Of a stretch of DNA of 64,000 nucleotides, positions 41,617 to 52,822 are shown in pieces. Every line of letters begins with the position of its first letter. Position 1 is the first letter of the stretch. Below the pieces are notes generated by a model. That model was not told where the DNA came from and ran no database searches. It worked only from the letters and a program-made list of their open reading frames with translations. Both the position numbers and the translations under genes were made by a program. The DNA comes from an uncultured Aeromicrobium sp. (GTDB taxonomy: Bacteria > Actinomycetota > Actinomycetes > Propionibacteriales > Nocardioidaceae). The DNA is taken from contig CAZWZC010000001.1 of the NCBI GenBank assembly GCA_964638755.1, forward strand, positions 8,435 to 72,434. Direction: 5' to 3'.

Positions 41617-42204
41617 ATGGTTGACCTGCTCGATGTGCGGCCGCTGCGAAAGCCCGACAAGCACCCTGCCATCTTCTCGACCTACAACGCCCTCGGACCT
41701 GGCGACTCATTTGTGCTGGTGAACAATCACAATCCACTCCACCTTCGTGACGAGTTCGAGACCGAGCACCCCGGCAGCTACGGCTGGGACTATCTCGAGA
41801 GCGGTCCCACCGAGTGGCGCATCGAGATCCGCAAGCTGTCGGCCGACCCGTTGCCGCGCCTGCTGTGTGACACGACGCAACTCACGGCGGCCGATTCGGA
41901 TGCAACTGGAGCGGTATGGAAGCTCACGATGCGTGAGCGCGATCTGGACTCCAACATCATCCGTCTGCCGGCCAACGGCTCGATCGATCGCCACGTCGGT
42001 CCAGATCTCGACGTTCTGGTTCACGTCCTCGCCGGTAGCGGCGAAGTGACCACTGAGCTCAACACGATCACGTTGACCCCCGGCTCGCTGCTCTGGCTCC
42101 CTCGTCGCTCGGTTCGTCAGTTCACAGCGGGTCCGGACGGGCTCAGCTATCTGACGGTGCACAAACAGAGAGAGGCACTGACCCTCACTGCACGACCACA
42201 GTGA
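41617..42204 (+). CDS. DUF2249 plus cupin-domain protein
   Basis: LDVR.L....KH..IF.....L.PG.SF.L.N.H.P..L...W.Y.E.GP.EWR.EI motif followed by a cupin. RBS AAAGGA. Confidence 0.82.
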   Translation: MVDLLDVRPLRKPDKHPAIFSTYNALGPGDSFVLVNNHNPLHLRDEFETEHPGSYGWDYLESGPTEWRIEIRKLSADPLPRLLCDTTQLTAADSDATGAVWKLTMRERDLDSNIIRLPANGSIDRHVGPDLDVLVHVLAGSGEVTTELNTITLTPGSLLWLPRRSVRQFTAGPDGLSYLTVHKQREALTLTARPQ

Positions 42205-42386
42205 CCAACCTGGTCGGCCGCGGTCGTGGGCAGGGCCTGACCGTCGATCAACCTGTTGATTGGAATAGGCGACCGAAGAGAAAAGTGGCTCGCCCCTTTG
42301 GCGAGCCCTCCGGTGCGTACCGGCGGGGTTAGTTGGTCTGGGCCTGAGCTCATACATTTACATAGTACTTTTTGCTATACTTGAGT

Positions 42387-42908
42387 ATGTCCGAACGGCA
42401 CGAACTACTGCGTGAAGTGATGCAGACGACCGGAATGACACAGTCAGAGTTGTCACGCATCAGTGGCGTGCGCCAGCCCAGCGTCAGCCAGTATCTTTCC
42501 CGGCGGATTCAGATGAGTGACGACATGTTGGACAGGCTGTTGTCGTGCATGGGCTACCGACTTGAGGTTATCCGCCGCACAAAGCAACCCGATCTTGGCC
42601 GCTCGCCGAGCCGGTCGTGGCGGCTCCATCGACAACTCTCAACGCACTTGAGCCCCGAAACATTTCGCGAATGGAGATCCACCATTCTGCGCAACATTGA
42701 GCGCCTCAGGGGCAGCACCCAGGGCCAGCCGCACGTGCGGAACTTGGATCGGTGGCAGCAACTGGTCGAGGGCGAGGACCTGACGGGCCTTCGACGGATG
42801 ATGACCGGGCTCGACCCTGATTCGGTGCAGATGCGTGAGGTCTCACCCTTGGGCGGGCTACTCCCACAGGATGAGCGGTCCCAAATGCTGGAGCTGACGC
42901 AGCAATGA
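42387..42908 (+). CDS. XRE-family HTH protein, probable antitoxin
   Basis: MTQSELSRISGVRQPSVSQY HTH. An extended -10 (TGCTATACT) lies 5 nt upstream, suggesting a leaderless transcript. Confidence 0.7.
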   Translation: MSERHELLREVMQTTGMTQSELSRISGVRQPSVSQYLSRRIQMSDDMLDRLLSCMGYRLEVIRRTKQPDLGRSPSRSWRLHRQLSTHLSPETFREWRSTILRNIERLRGSTQGQPHVRNLDRWQQLVEGEDLTGLRRMMTGLDPDSVQMREVSPLGGLLPQDERSQMLELTQQ

Positions 42909-43020
42909 GGCGAGACCAACTCGAGCATGCAATCAGGACGGCGTGCCAAATCATTGACCAACCCGAGGTGATCGTGATCGGCTCCCGAGCCATCCTCGGA
43001 ACCTACAACGAAGACGACCG
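42905..43020 (+). pseudogene. truncated nucleotidyltransferase-like (DUF6036-type) toxin fragment
   Basis: MRRDQLEHAIRTACQII...VIVIGS.AILG resembles the N-terminus of this family. ATGA-coupled to the XRE gene; similarity ends after about 38 codons. Confidence 0.5.
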
Positions 43021-43145
43021 GTGCACTTGGACACCTACGTGCCCCGCGCTGAGGCAGGCGCAGAGACGGCAGCAGCGGCGTTCGGGCTCGTGCTCCGTGA
43101 GGCGCAGTAGGGCCGTTCAGGCGTGCGTGCTGTGACACATATGGA

Positions 43146-43184
43146 GAGGGGCACCGGATGAGTACAAGTCACCCAGTGCCCCTC
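43146..43184 (-). terminator. hairpin downstream of tRNA-Thr
   Basis: gaggggcac / gtgcccctc arms, 36 nt beyond the tRNA 3' end. Confidence 0.45.
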
Positions 43185-43220
43185 AGAACATCTCCGCAGG
43201 TCAGAGACCTGTCGGCGTTG

Positions 43221-43293
43221 AGCCGCTTATCGGAATCGAACCGATGACCTTTTCATTACGAGTGAAACGCTCTACCGACTGAGCTAAAGCGGC
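43221..43293 (-). tRNA. tRNA-Thr (anticodon CGT), CCA not encoded
   Basis: GCCGCTT acceptor stem, TAGCTCAGTCGGTAGAGC D-arm, TTTCA-CTCGTAA-TGAAA anticodon arm and ATCGG-TTCGATT-CCGAT T-arm. Confidence 0.96.
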
Positions 43294-43389
43294 CAGGGTT
43301 CGCCGGGGATCGCCCGCCGAACCGAAGCAAGAGTCTACCGGTTGGCCATACGCGGAACGAACCGACCTCAGCACCGTAGAATCGCATCC

Positions 43390-43677
43390 GTGACCGACCC
43401 GACGCAGGCCGAGCTCGAGGAGATCCGGGCGAGCATCGACAACATCGATGCTGCACTGATCCACGTTCTGGCGGAGCGATTCAAGTACACCAAGCGGGTC
43501 GGACGACTCAAGGCCGAGCACGACATGCCGCCGGCCGACACCGAGCGTGAGGCTCGCCAGATCACCCGGCTGCGGGCACTCGCCGCCGAGGCTGACCTGG
43601 ACCCTGCGTTCGCCGAGAAGTTCATCAACTTCATCATCGATGAAGTGATCCGGCACCACGAAGCCATCCGCAACTGA
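43390..43677 (+). CDS. chorismate mutase (AroQ type)
   Basis: R.SIDNIDAALI..LAERF...VG.LKA...P..D.ERE motif. Confidence 0.9.
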   Translation: MTDPTQAELEEIRASIDNIDAALIHVLAERFKYTKRVGRLKAEHDMPPADTEREARQITRLRALAAEADLDPAFAEKFINFIIDEVIRHHEAIRN

Positions 43678-43722
43678 CCGGTTGGGGTAGTCGCGCCCAT
43701 GCAGCAGGTCTAGGCTTCCAGC

Positions 43723-44241
43723 ATGGCTCTCGCAGACGACATCCTCTCCGGCATCGATTCCGACACACTCGACAACATCGCCAAGCAGCTCGGGCTCGAT
43801 CCTGGCAAGGTGGAGCAAGTCCTCAAGGACACCCTCCCTGCGCTGCTCGGCGGTCTCGACAAGAACGTCCAGAGCGGTGACGGTGCAGCATCGCTCGCCA
43901 ACGCCCTCGGCGATCATGCTGAGGCCAACCCGCTCGGCGACATCGGCGCGCTCATCAGCGGTGTCGCAGGCAGCGGAATACTCGAGAAGGTGCTGGGCGG
44001 CAACACCCCCGACGTGTCACAGGCGATCGGCGACAAGTCCGGTGTCTCGGGCATCGACGTGCAGAAGATCCTCAAGATCGCCGCGCCCATCGTGATGGCG
44101 TTCCTCGCATCGCGAGTCGCCAAGGGAGGCAAGGCTGATCCCGAGGTCGTCAAGAAGGAAGTTCAGAAGGCCAACTCCACGGCAAAGTCTGATGCTCCCG
44201 ATCTCGGCTCGATCCTCGGCAGCCTCCTCGGCGGCAAGTAG
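43723..44241 (+). CDS. DUF937 family protein
   Basis: LP.LLGGL..N...LA.AL.DH...IL.K.LG...AP.VM..L pattern. Confidence 0.75.
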   Translation: MALADDILSGIDSDTLDNIAKQLGLDPGKVEQVLKDTLPALLGGLDKNVQSGDGAASLANALGDHAEANPLGDIGALISGVAGSGILEKVLGGNTPDVSQAIGDKSGVSGIDVQKILKIAAPIVMAFLASRVAKGGKADPEVVKKEVQKANSTAKSDAPDLGSILGSLLGGK

Positions 44242-44258
44242 TCAGACAAGCCGCCGGG

Positions 44259-45782
44259 CTACTTGCAGAGCAGCCCGGCCTCCGGCACGGTCCCGTCGAC
44301 GAGGAATGCGTCGACGGCCTTGACGATGCAGGCGTTGCCTGACAGATATGCGGTGTGCCCGTCACCATCGCGTGAGATCAGCACACCCGACGACAGCTGC
44401 GACGCCAACGACTTGGCCCATTCGTAGGGCGTCGCCGGGTCACGGGTCGTGCCGATGACGACGATCGGTGGTGCCCCGTCACCTGAGATCTTGACTTGCG
44501 GATGGGTTGCCCTGATCCGCCAGTCGGTGCAGCCGAGAGCGCCCCAGCCAAGGGACCGACCGAAGACGGGCGAGATCTTCTCAAATCGCGGCAGCGCGGC
44601 CTCCACCTCCTGCTGTGAAAGCCGGTTGGTCACGTCGAGACAGTTGACGGCATAGATGACCTCGCCGATGTTGTCGCCATACGTACCGTCGGGGTTGCGG
44701 GTGAAGTATGCATCGGAGAGCAGCAGCAACGTTGTGCCGTCACCGGCGAACGCCTCGTTGAGCGCGTCCGTGAGGTAGTGCCAGGTCGCCTTGTCATACA
44801 ACGTGACCGCGATGCCGTAGAACGCCAGCCCTTCGGTGAGCTCACGATTGTTGACCTGCGTCTTCATCGGCGACGCGTCGAGCTGGTCCATCAAGTCCGA
44901 CAACTTCACGAGGCCCGCATCGACATTGGTGCCGAGCGGACAGATGGGCTTCTTGACGCACTCTGCGGCGAACGCCTCGAGCGCACGCTCGAAGCCGGTG
45001 GTCTGGCCGAGCGCCGAGTCGATGACGCCAAGCTCCGGATCGACGGCACCATCGAGGACCATGCGTCCCACTGTCTGGGGGAACAGGGTCGCGTAGGTCG
45101 CGCCGAGCTGGGTGCCGTATGAGGCGCCGAACCAGTCCATCTTCTTGCGGCCGAGAAGCGCTCGTACGACGTCCATGTCGCGGGCGGCCTCCTCGGTCGA
45201 CACATGCGCAGCCAGGTCGCCGCCGTTGCGCTCACAAGCCGTGCCGAGGTCGACGACGCTCTTGCGCAGCGCCGCGATCTCCTCGGGGGTGTCAGGATCG
45301 GGGTCGGTGTTGGTGAACGTGGAGAAGTCCTCGTCCGACATGCATTCCAGCGTCGAGCTGTTGCCGACGCCACGCGGGTCGACGCCGACGATGTCGTACA
45401 TCTTGCGAATGTCGCTGCCGAACTTGTCAGCCATGGTGTCGGCGAAGTCGGTGGCGTCGCCACCCGGACCGCCGGGGTTGACGAAGATGCTGTGCTTGGC
45501 TGTGCCGCCGGTGGAGGGGATGACCTTGACCGAGAGCTTTGTCGTCTCGCCGCCGGGATCGTCGTAGTCGACTGGGACCTTCACGGTTGCGCACTTCGCG
45601 TCACCGCATGAGCTCCAGGACACGTCTTGGGAGTAGAACTTCGCCAGACCGGACGGCGCATCCTCGGCCACCGGATCGGGCTTGGTCCACCCGTTGCGGG
45701 AGATGGCGTATGCCGCGACGCCGACGATCACGGCGATGGCGACGACGAGGACAAGGCCGACGGCCCAGACGCGTTTGTTCAT
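44259..45782 (-). CDS. exported alpha/beta hydrolase (TAP-like peptidase)
   Basis: N-terminal TM segment; NPGGPG, DPRGVG, GASYGT, T.DPATPY and GHTAY motifs. Confidence 0.88.
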   Translation of the reverse strand: MNKRVWAVGLVLVVAIAVIVGVAAYAISRNGWTKPDPVAEDAPSGLAKFYSQDVSWSSCGDAKCATVKVPVDYDDPGGETTKLSVKVIPSTGGTAKHSIFVNPGGPGGDATDFADTMADKFGSDIRKMYDIVGVDPRGVGNSSTLECMSDEDFSTFTNTDPDPDTPEEIAALRKSVVDLGTACERNGGDLAAHVSTEEAARDMDVVRALLGRKKMDWFGASYGTQLGATYATLFPQTVGRMVLDGAVDPELGVIDSALGQTTGFERALEAFAAECVKKPICPLGTNVDAGLVKLSDLMDQLDASPMKTQVNNRELTEGLAFYGIAVTLYDKATWHYLTDALNEAFAGDGTTLLLLSDAYFTRNPDGTYGDNIGEVIYAVNCLDVTNRLSQQEVEAALPRFEKISPVFGRSLGWGALGCTDWRIRATHPQVKISGDGAPPIVVIGTTRDPATPYEWAKSLASQLSSGVLISRDGDGHTAYLSGNACIVKAVDAFLVDGTVPEAGLLCK

Positions 45783-46924
45783 GTTTGGCGAAGTCCCATC
45801 ATCATGCGTTCGAGGGCGAGCAGCGGGGCGGCATTGGCCGTCAGCGATTCCCGGCACTCGACGATCGCATCGATCGTGCCGATCGTCGACTCAGGGGTCC
45901 ACATCTGTGCGACGGCATTGACGTCGTCGACGACATCGGCGTTGATCAGCGCCGTGCCGCTTGCGGTTTGGACTGCGAGCACGTCGCGGCAGAACGAGAG
46001 CAGGTCGAGGAGCACGCCGTCGATCGCATCACGGGCAAGGCGGGTGCGGCGGCGCTTCTGCTCCTTCTCCAGCGTCGACAAGGCACCGGCATACCCAGCA
46101 GGCCGGCGGCCGCGATCCTCCACGCCCCAGCCTTGACGCAGATCTGCCAGCTCGCGCTCATCAGCGGCGTCTCCGACCTCGGCTGCGCGAGCCGCAGCGG
46201 CGTCGTTGATCGTCTGGGCTGCGGTCAGGCAATCGCCGAGGTCGCGCAATGACACCGGCAGGCCCAGGATCGCCCTGCGCCTCTCTCGCGCAACGGGGTC
46301 AGACGCCAGTCCGCGGGCGCGCCCGATGTGGCCCTGGGATGCGGCCGCAGCAGCAGCCGCGAGCTCGGGCTCGATGCCGTCGCGTTCGACTAGCAACCCG
46401 GCGATCGCGGAAGCAGACGGCGTACGCAACAGCACCGGCCGACAGCGCGACCGGATCGTGATGATGACGTCTTCGACCGCCGGAGCGCAGAGCATCCAGA
46501 TCGTATGCTTCGACGGCTCTTCAATGGCCTTGAGGAGCGCATTGGCCGCCTGATCGGTGAGCCGGTCAGCATCCTCGACGATCAACACCTGCCAGCGGCC
46601 GAGTGCAGGTCGCAGCGCCGACTTGCGTACGTATTCGCGTGCCACGTCGGTGCCGATCGACAGGCCATCGGTGCGGATGACCGTGATGTCGGGGTGTGCA
46701 CCGGCCTTGGCCGTCGTGCACGAGTGGCACTCGCCGCAGCCGCCCTGCTCGCACTGCAACGCCGCGGCAAATGCGCCGGCAGCGTTGGAGCGGCCCGATC
46801 CCGGTGGACCGGTGAACAGCCAGGCGTGCGTCATCGAGCGACCATCGCCACCTGCCGAGGCGACCGCATCCTTGAGAATCTCGACCACCGGATCCTGGCC
46901 GACGAGATCACTCCAAATGGTCAT
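45779..46924 (-). CDS. holB: DNA polymerase III subunit delta'
   Basis: HAWLFTGPPGSGRS, zinc cysteines, ANALLKAIEEP and TIRSRC motifs. Confidence 0.93.
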   Translation of the reverse strand: MTIWSDLVGQDPVVEILKDAVASAGGDGRSMTHAWLFTGPPGSGRSNAAGAFAAALQCEQGGCGECHSCTTAKAGAHPDITVIRTDGLSIGTDVAREYVRKSALRPALGRWQVLIVEDADRLTDQAANALLKAIEEPSKHTIWMLCAPAVEDVIITIRSRCRPVLLRTPSASAIAGLLVERDGIEPELAAAAAAASQGHIGRARGLASDPVARERRRAILGLPVSLRDLGDCLTAAQTINDAAAARAAEVGDAADERELADLRQGWGVEDRGRRPAGYAGALSTLEKEQKRRRTRLARDAIDGVLLDLLSFCRDVLAVQTASGTALINADVVDDVNAVAQMWTPESTIGTIDAIVECRESLTANAAPLLALERMMMGLRQT

Positions 46925-47562
46925 GGGTGCGCCTGCCCGAGCCAGGGCTCGACTGCTGAACGGATCTGCGCGTGGATCTCCCCAGGTGCGCCGCCGGCGG
47001 CGACGATGAGGTAGTGCTCGGGATCGGCGGCCGCGAGCTCGATGAAGTGAGCGCGTACGCGCTCGTGGAACTCCAACGGCTCGGACTCAATGCGGTCAGC
47101 GCCTTCAAAGCGCGCGTGCCCGATTGCGGGGTCGATGTCGAGGAGGACCGTCAGGTGAGGTCGCAACGAGGACGTCGCCCAGCGGGCGATGTGCTCGACC
47201 TCAGAGATGTCGAGGTGTCGGCCGGCTCCTTGGTAGGCGAGCGTCGAGTCCACATAGCGATCGGTGAGCACAACCGCACCCTCGGCAAGGGCGGGCAGAA
47301 CGACCATGTCAACGTGCTCTGCCTTGTCGGCGGCATAGAGCAGGGCCTCGGTGCGCGGGGAAAGCTCGCCGGTGTCGTTGTCGAGCACGATGTGGCGCAG
47401 GATCTTGCCGACCTCGGTGCCACCCGGCTCCCGGGTCAGGAGCACATGGTGACCTTGCGACTCAAGCCACTCGACCAGCAGCACCGCCTGGGTCGACTTG
47501 CCAGACCCCTCGCCACCCTCGAGCGCGAGGAACACCCCGGTTTCGGTGAAGAGCGGATCCAT
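46921..47562 (-). CDS. tmk: thymidylate kinase
   Basis: EGGEGSGKSTQ, TREPGGT and DRYVDSTLAYQG motifs. Confidence 0.96.
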   Translation of the reverse strand: MDPLFTETGVFLALEGGEGSGKSTQAVLLVEWLESQGHHVLLTREPGGTEVGKILRHIVLDNDTGELSPRTEALLYAADKAEHVDMVVLPALAEGAVVLTDRYVDSTLAYQGAGRHLDISEVEHIARWATSSLRPHLTVLLDIDPAIGHARFEGADRIESEPLEFHERVRAHFIELAAADPEHYLIVAAGGAPGEIHAQIRSAVEPWLGQAHP

Positions 47563-47644
47563 GAGGGGAGCCTAGTCGGCTGGACCCACCCTTCGGGAGA
47601 CGCGTCAGCCGTGGCTCTGGACTGGATGCCACGACGGAGAAAAA

Positions 47645-48819
47645 TCAGGACTCGACGCCGACAGCCGTCTCGTGGTCAGCGCCGAGCCGGAGCAGCGACA
47701 CCAGCAGGGCGGCGACGATCAAGCCCACCCACAGCTCGGAGTAGGGCACGTACGTCATCGCGACGACGGCAACCACGGCAACAGTGAACAGTGACGCGGT
47801 GCGAATCGACGAGTCGTGCAGGCGTATCGAGACCAGCCACAGTGCGGCGAGGAACGTCGCCACCGGACCAGTTACGAACGCGCTGCTGACAAGGTCGCTG
47901 AGCTTCGCATGGTCGTCGTAGTACGCGATGCGCGCTGCCAACCCGGCGCCGATCGCTGCCGCTGACGCAAAGATCACGTAGTGGCCAATCCCCCAGACGT
48001 AACCGACGTCGTTGCCCGTCAGGACTTCGGATTCATCGCGAGAGAAGTAGAGCCACCAGGCGCAGAACGTGACAAGCACCCCGCCGGCGACGACGAACCA
48101 GAGCTCGGTCGGCGGGTGCTCCTCGTCGAACGCGACCCGAAGCGCCAGCGTGACTGACAGGATCGTCTCCCCGAGCACGATGATGAAGAACAAGCCATAG
48201 CGCTCAGCGATGTGCTGCGGATGCCACGGGGTCGTTCCGGCCAGCTCGGCGACCAATGGGATCGCGAAGTCGAGGGTGATGCCGACAATGAACAGCCACA
48301 ACGGAAGGTGTCCATTGGTCGCCACCAGCGCGACCACCCAGCCGGTCTGCACCAGGATCAGCCCGTACGCATAGCGCAGAGCAGTACGGCGCCGCTGCGG
48401 GTGACCTGCGACGACGCGCAGCCACATCAGGATAAGCCCGACCCGCATGATGACGTAGCCGATGATTCCGAGGGTGAAGTCTTCTTCGAAGATCTGCGGA
48501 ACGCCTGCCGCGAGCACCAGTGCACCAAATATCTGCAGCAGGGTCAGCAGCCGGTTGATCGTGTCATCGGAGTCGTATGCCGAGTTGAACCAGACGAAGT
48601 TGAGCCACGCCCAGAAGATGGCGAAGAACGAGACGCCGAACCAAACGAGACCGTGCGCAGGATGACCGGCGACGATCTGGTGCTCCAGCGTCAGCGCGGC
48701 CTGCGCAATGGCAACGACGTAGCAAAGATCGGTGAACAGCTCGAGCGGTGATGCGGATCGGTGCTCTTCCCGAGGGTCGCGCGGGCCGAGCGGCCTGACG
48801 AGTCGGATGGCCATGGTGG

Positions 48820-48823
<4 letters not shown>
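47645..48823 (-). CDS. low temperature requirement protein A family
   Basis: LELFTDL..V.AI and H..ERYGLF.IIVLGE motifs. Confidence 0.88.
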
Positions 48824-51498
<2,675 letters not shown>

Positions 51499-51604
51499 GG
51501 ATGCTCTCCCCGGTTCTCAATGTTGCAGTGAACAGACGAGGCACACCGTAGCGCGTACTGTCAACGATCTGCGAAACGGGACTGTCCCTACGGGGTGACA
51601 ATAT

Positions 51605-52822
51605 GTGTCGGTGGGATTTTCCGGATACGCCGAGCTGTGGGCTGACAAGCGGGTCAGGACCCTGTTCATCGCGGCGTTCTTCGCCCGCATCCCGGCCATG
51701 GCAGCGCCATTGGTGTTCACCCTTTTCGTGGTCGGACCTCTTGGCGGAACCTACGCTCAGGCCGGCATCGTCGCGGCAGCCTCGACGATCGGCGCGGGCG
51801 TCGGTTCACCATGGCGCGGCCGGCTGATCGACAAGCTCGGCATGCAGCGGGCCATCATCCCGTCGATCGTCGCGGTCGGAGTGCTGTATCCGGTCGCGGC
51901 ACTCTCCTCTTCATACGGGCTGCTCGTCCCGCTGGCGTTCCTGATGGGCCTGTTCCTGATCCCGATCTTCTCGATCGTGCGGTTGTCGCTTAGCGTCATG
52001 GTCGAGGAGCGCCTGCGCCGTACGGCCTTCTCGGCCGACAGTGTCGTCGCCGAGGCCAGCTTCATCATCGGTCCGGCCGCGGGTGTCGTGCTGGTCACCC
52101 AAGCCAGCGCGGCCTGGGCACTGTTCGCCATCGGCATGACCGAGGTCATCGCTGGCCTGATGTTCCTGCGCCTCAACCCGCCGACGCGTTCGGTCGTCGA
52201 TCCGGACAAGCCGGTCGTCGAGTCAGCCGAAGCCAATGGCCCGTGGATGTCGGTACCGCTCGCATTCCTCTTCCTCATCTCCGGCGGCACGCTCGCTGCG
52301 CTGATCGGCGCCGACCTCGGCATCGTCGCGCAGCTCCGCGAGATCGACCACGTCGGCTCGATCGGGTTCACGTACGGACTCTGGGGCCTGTCCTCGCTGC
52401 TCGGCGGATTGATCTACGGATCACTCAATCGCTCGATCCGTCCCACCTATCTGCTGCTTGCCCTCGGCCTGACCACGATCCCGGTCGGGCTGGGCACCGA
52501 GGTGTGGTCGCTGTCTCTGTGGGTGATCCCGACCGGCTTCCTGTGTGCTCCAACCATGACGGCGGCGGCGGAGTGGATCGCCAAGCTCGTCCCCGAGGAG
52601 CGGCGTGGGGAGGCGATGGGTTGGCAGGGCACGGCGTTCATGATCGGTGGTGCTGCCAGCTCGCCGGTCATCGGCGTGGCGATCGATGAGGTCGGGGCCT
52701 GGGGCGGATTCGTCGTCGGCGGCCTGATCGCATCGGCGATTGCCCTGCTGTGCTGGGGAGGTCAGCTGATCCCGGCCCTTCGACCCGACACCCATGCGAT
52801 CGAAGAAACGGCGGTCAATTGA
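51605..52822 (+). CDS. MFS transporter
   Basis: About 12 TM segments; GRLIDKLG motif A. Confidence 0.85.
   Translation: MSVGFSGYAELWADKRVRTLFIAAFFARIPAMAAPLVFTLFVVGPLGGTYAQAGIVAAASTIGAGVGSPWRGRLIDKLGMQRAIIPSIVAVGVLYPVAALSSSYGLLVPLAFLMGLFLIPIFSIVRLSLSVMVEERLRRTAFSADSVVAEASFIIGPAAGVVLVTQASAAWALFAIGMTEVIAGLMFLRLNPPTRSVVDPDKPVVESAEANGPWMSVPLAFLFLISGGTLAALIGADLGIVAQLREIDHVGSIGFTYGLWGLSSLLGGLIYGSLNRSIRPTYLLLALGLTTIPVGLGTEVWSLSLWVIPTGFLCAPTMTAAAEWIAKLVPEERRGEAMGWQGTAFMIGGAASSPVIGVAIDEVGAWGGFVVGGLIASAIALLCWGGQLIPALRPDTHAIEETAVN

Noticed and set aside
42277-42330. Two small hairpins after the DUF2249 gene as an ncRNA or riboswitch
   Set aside because: Short stems with no recognisable family motif; at most a terminator.
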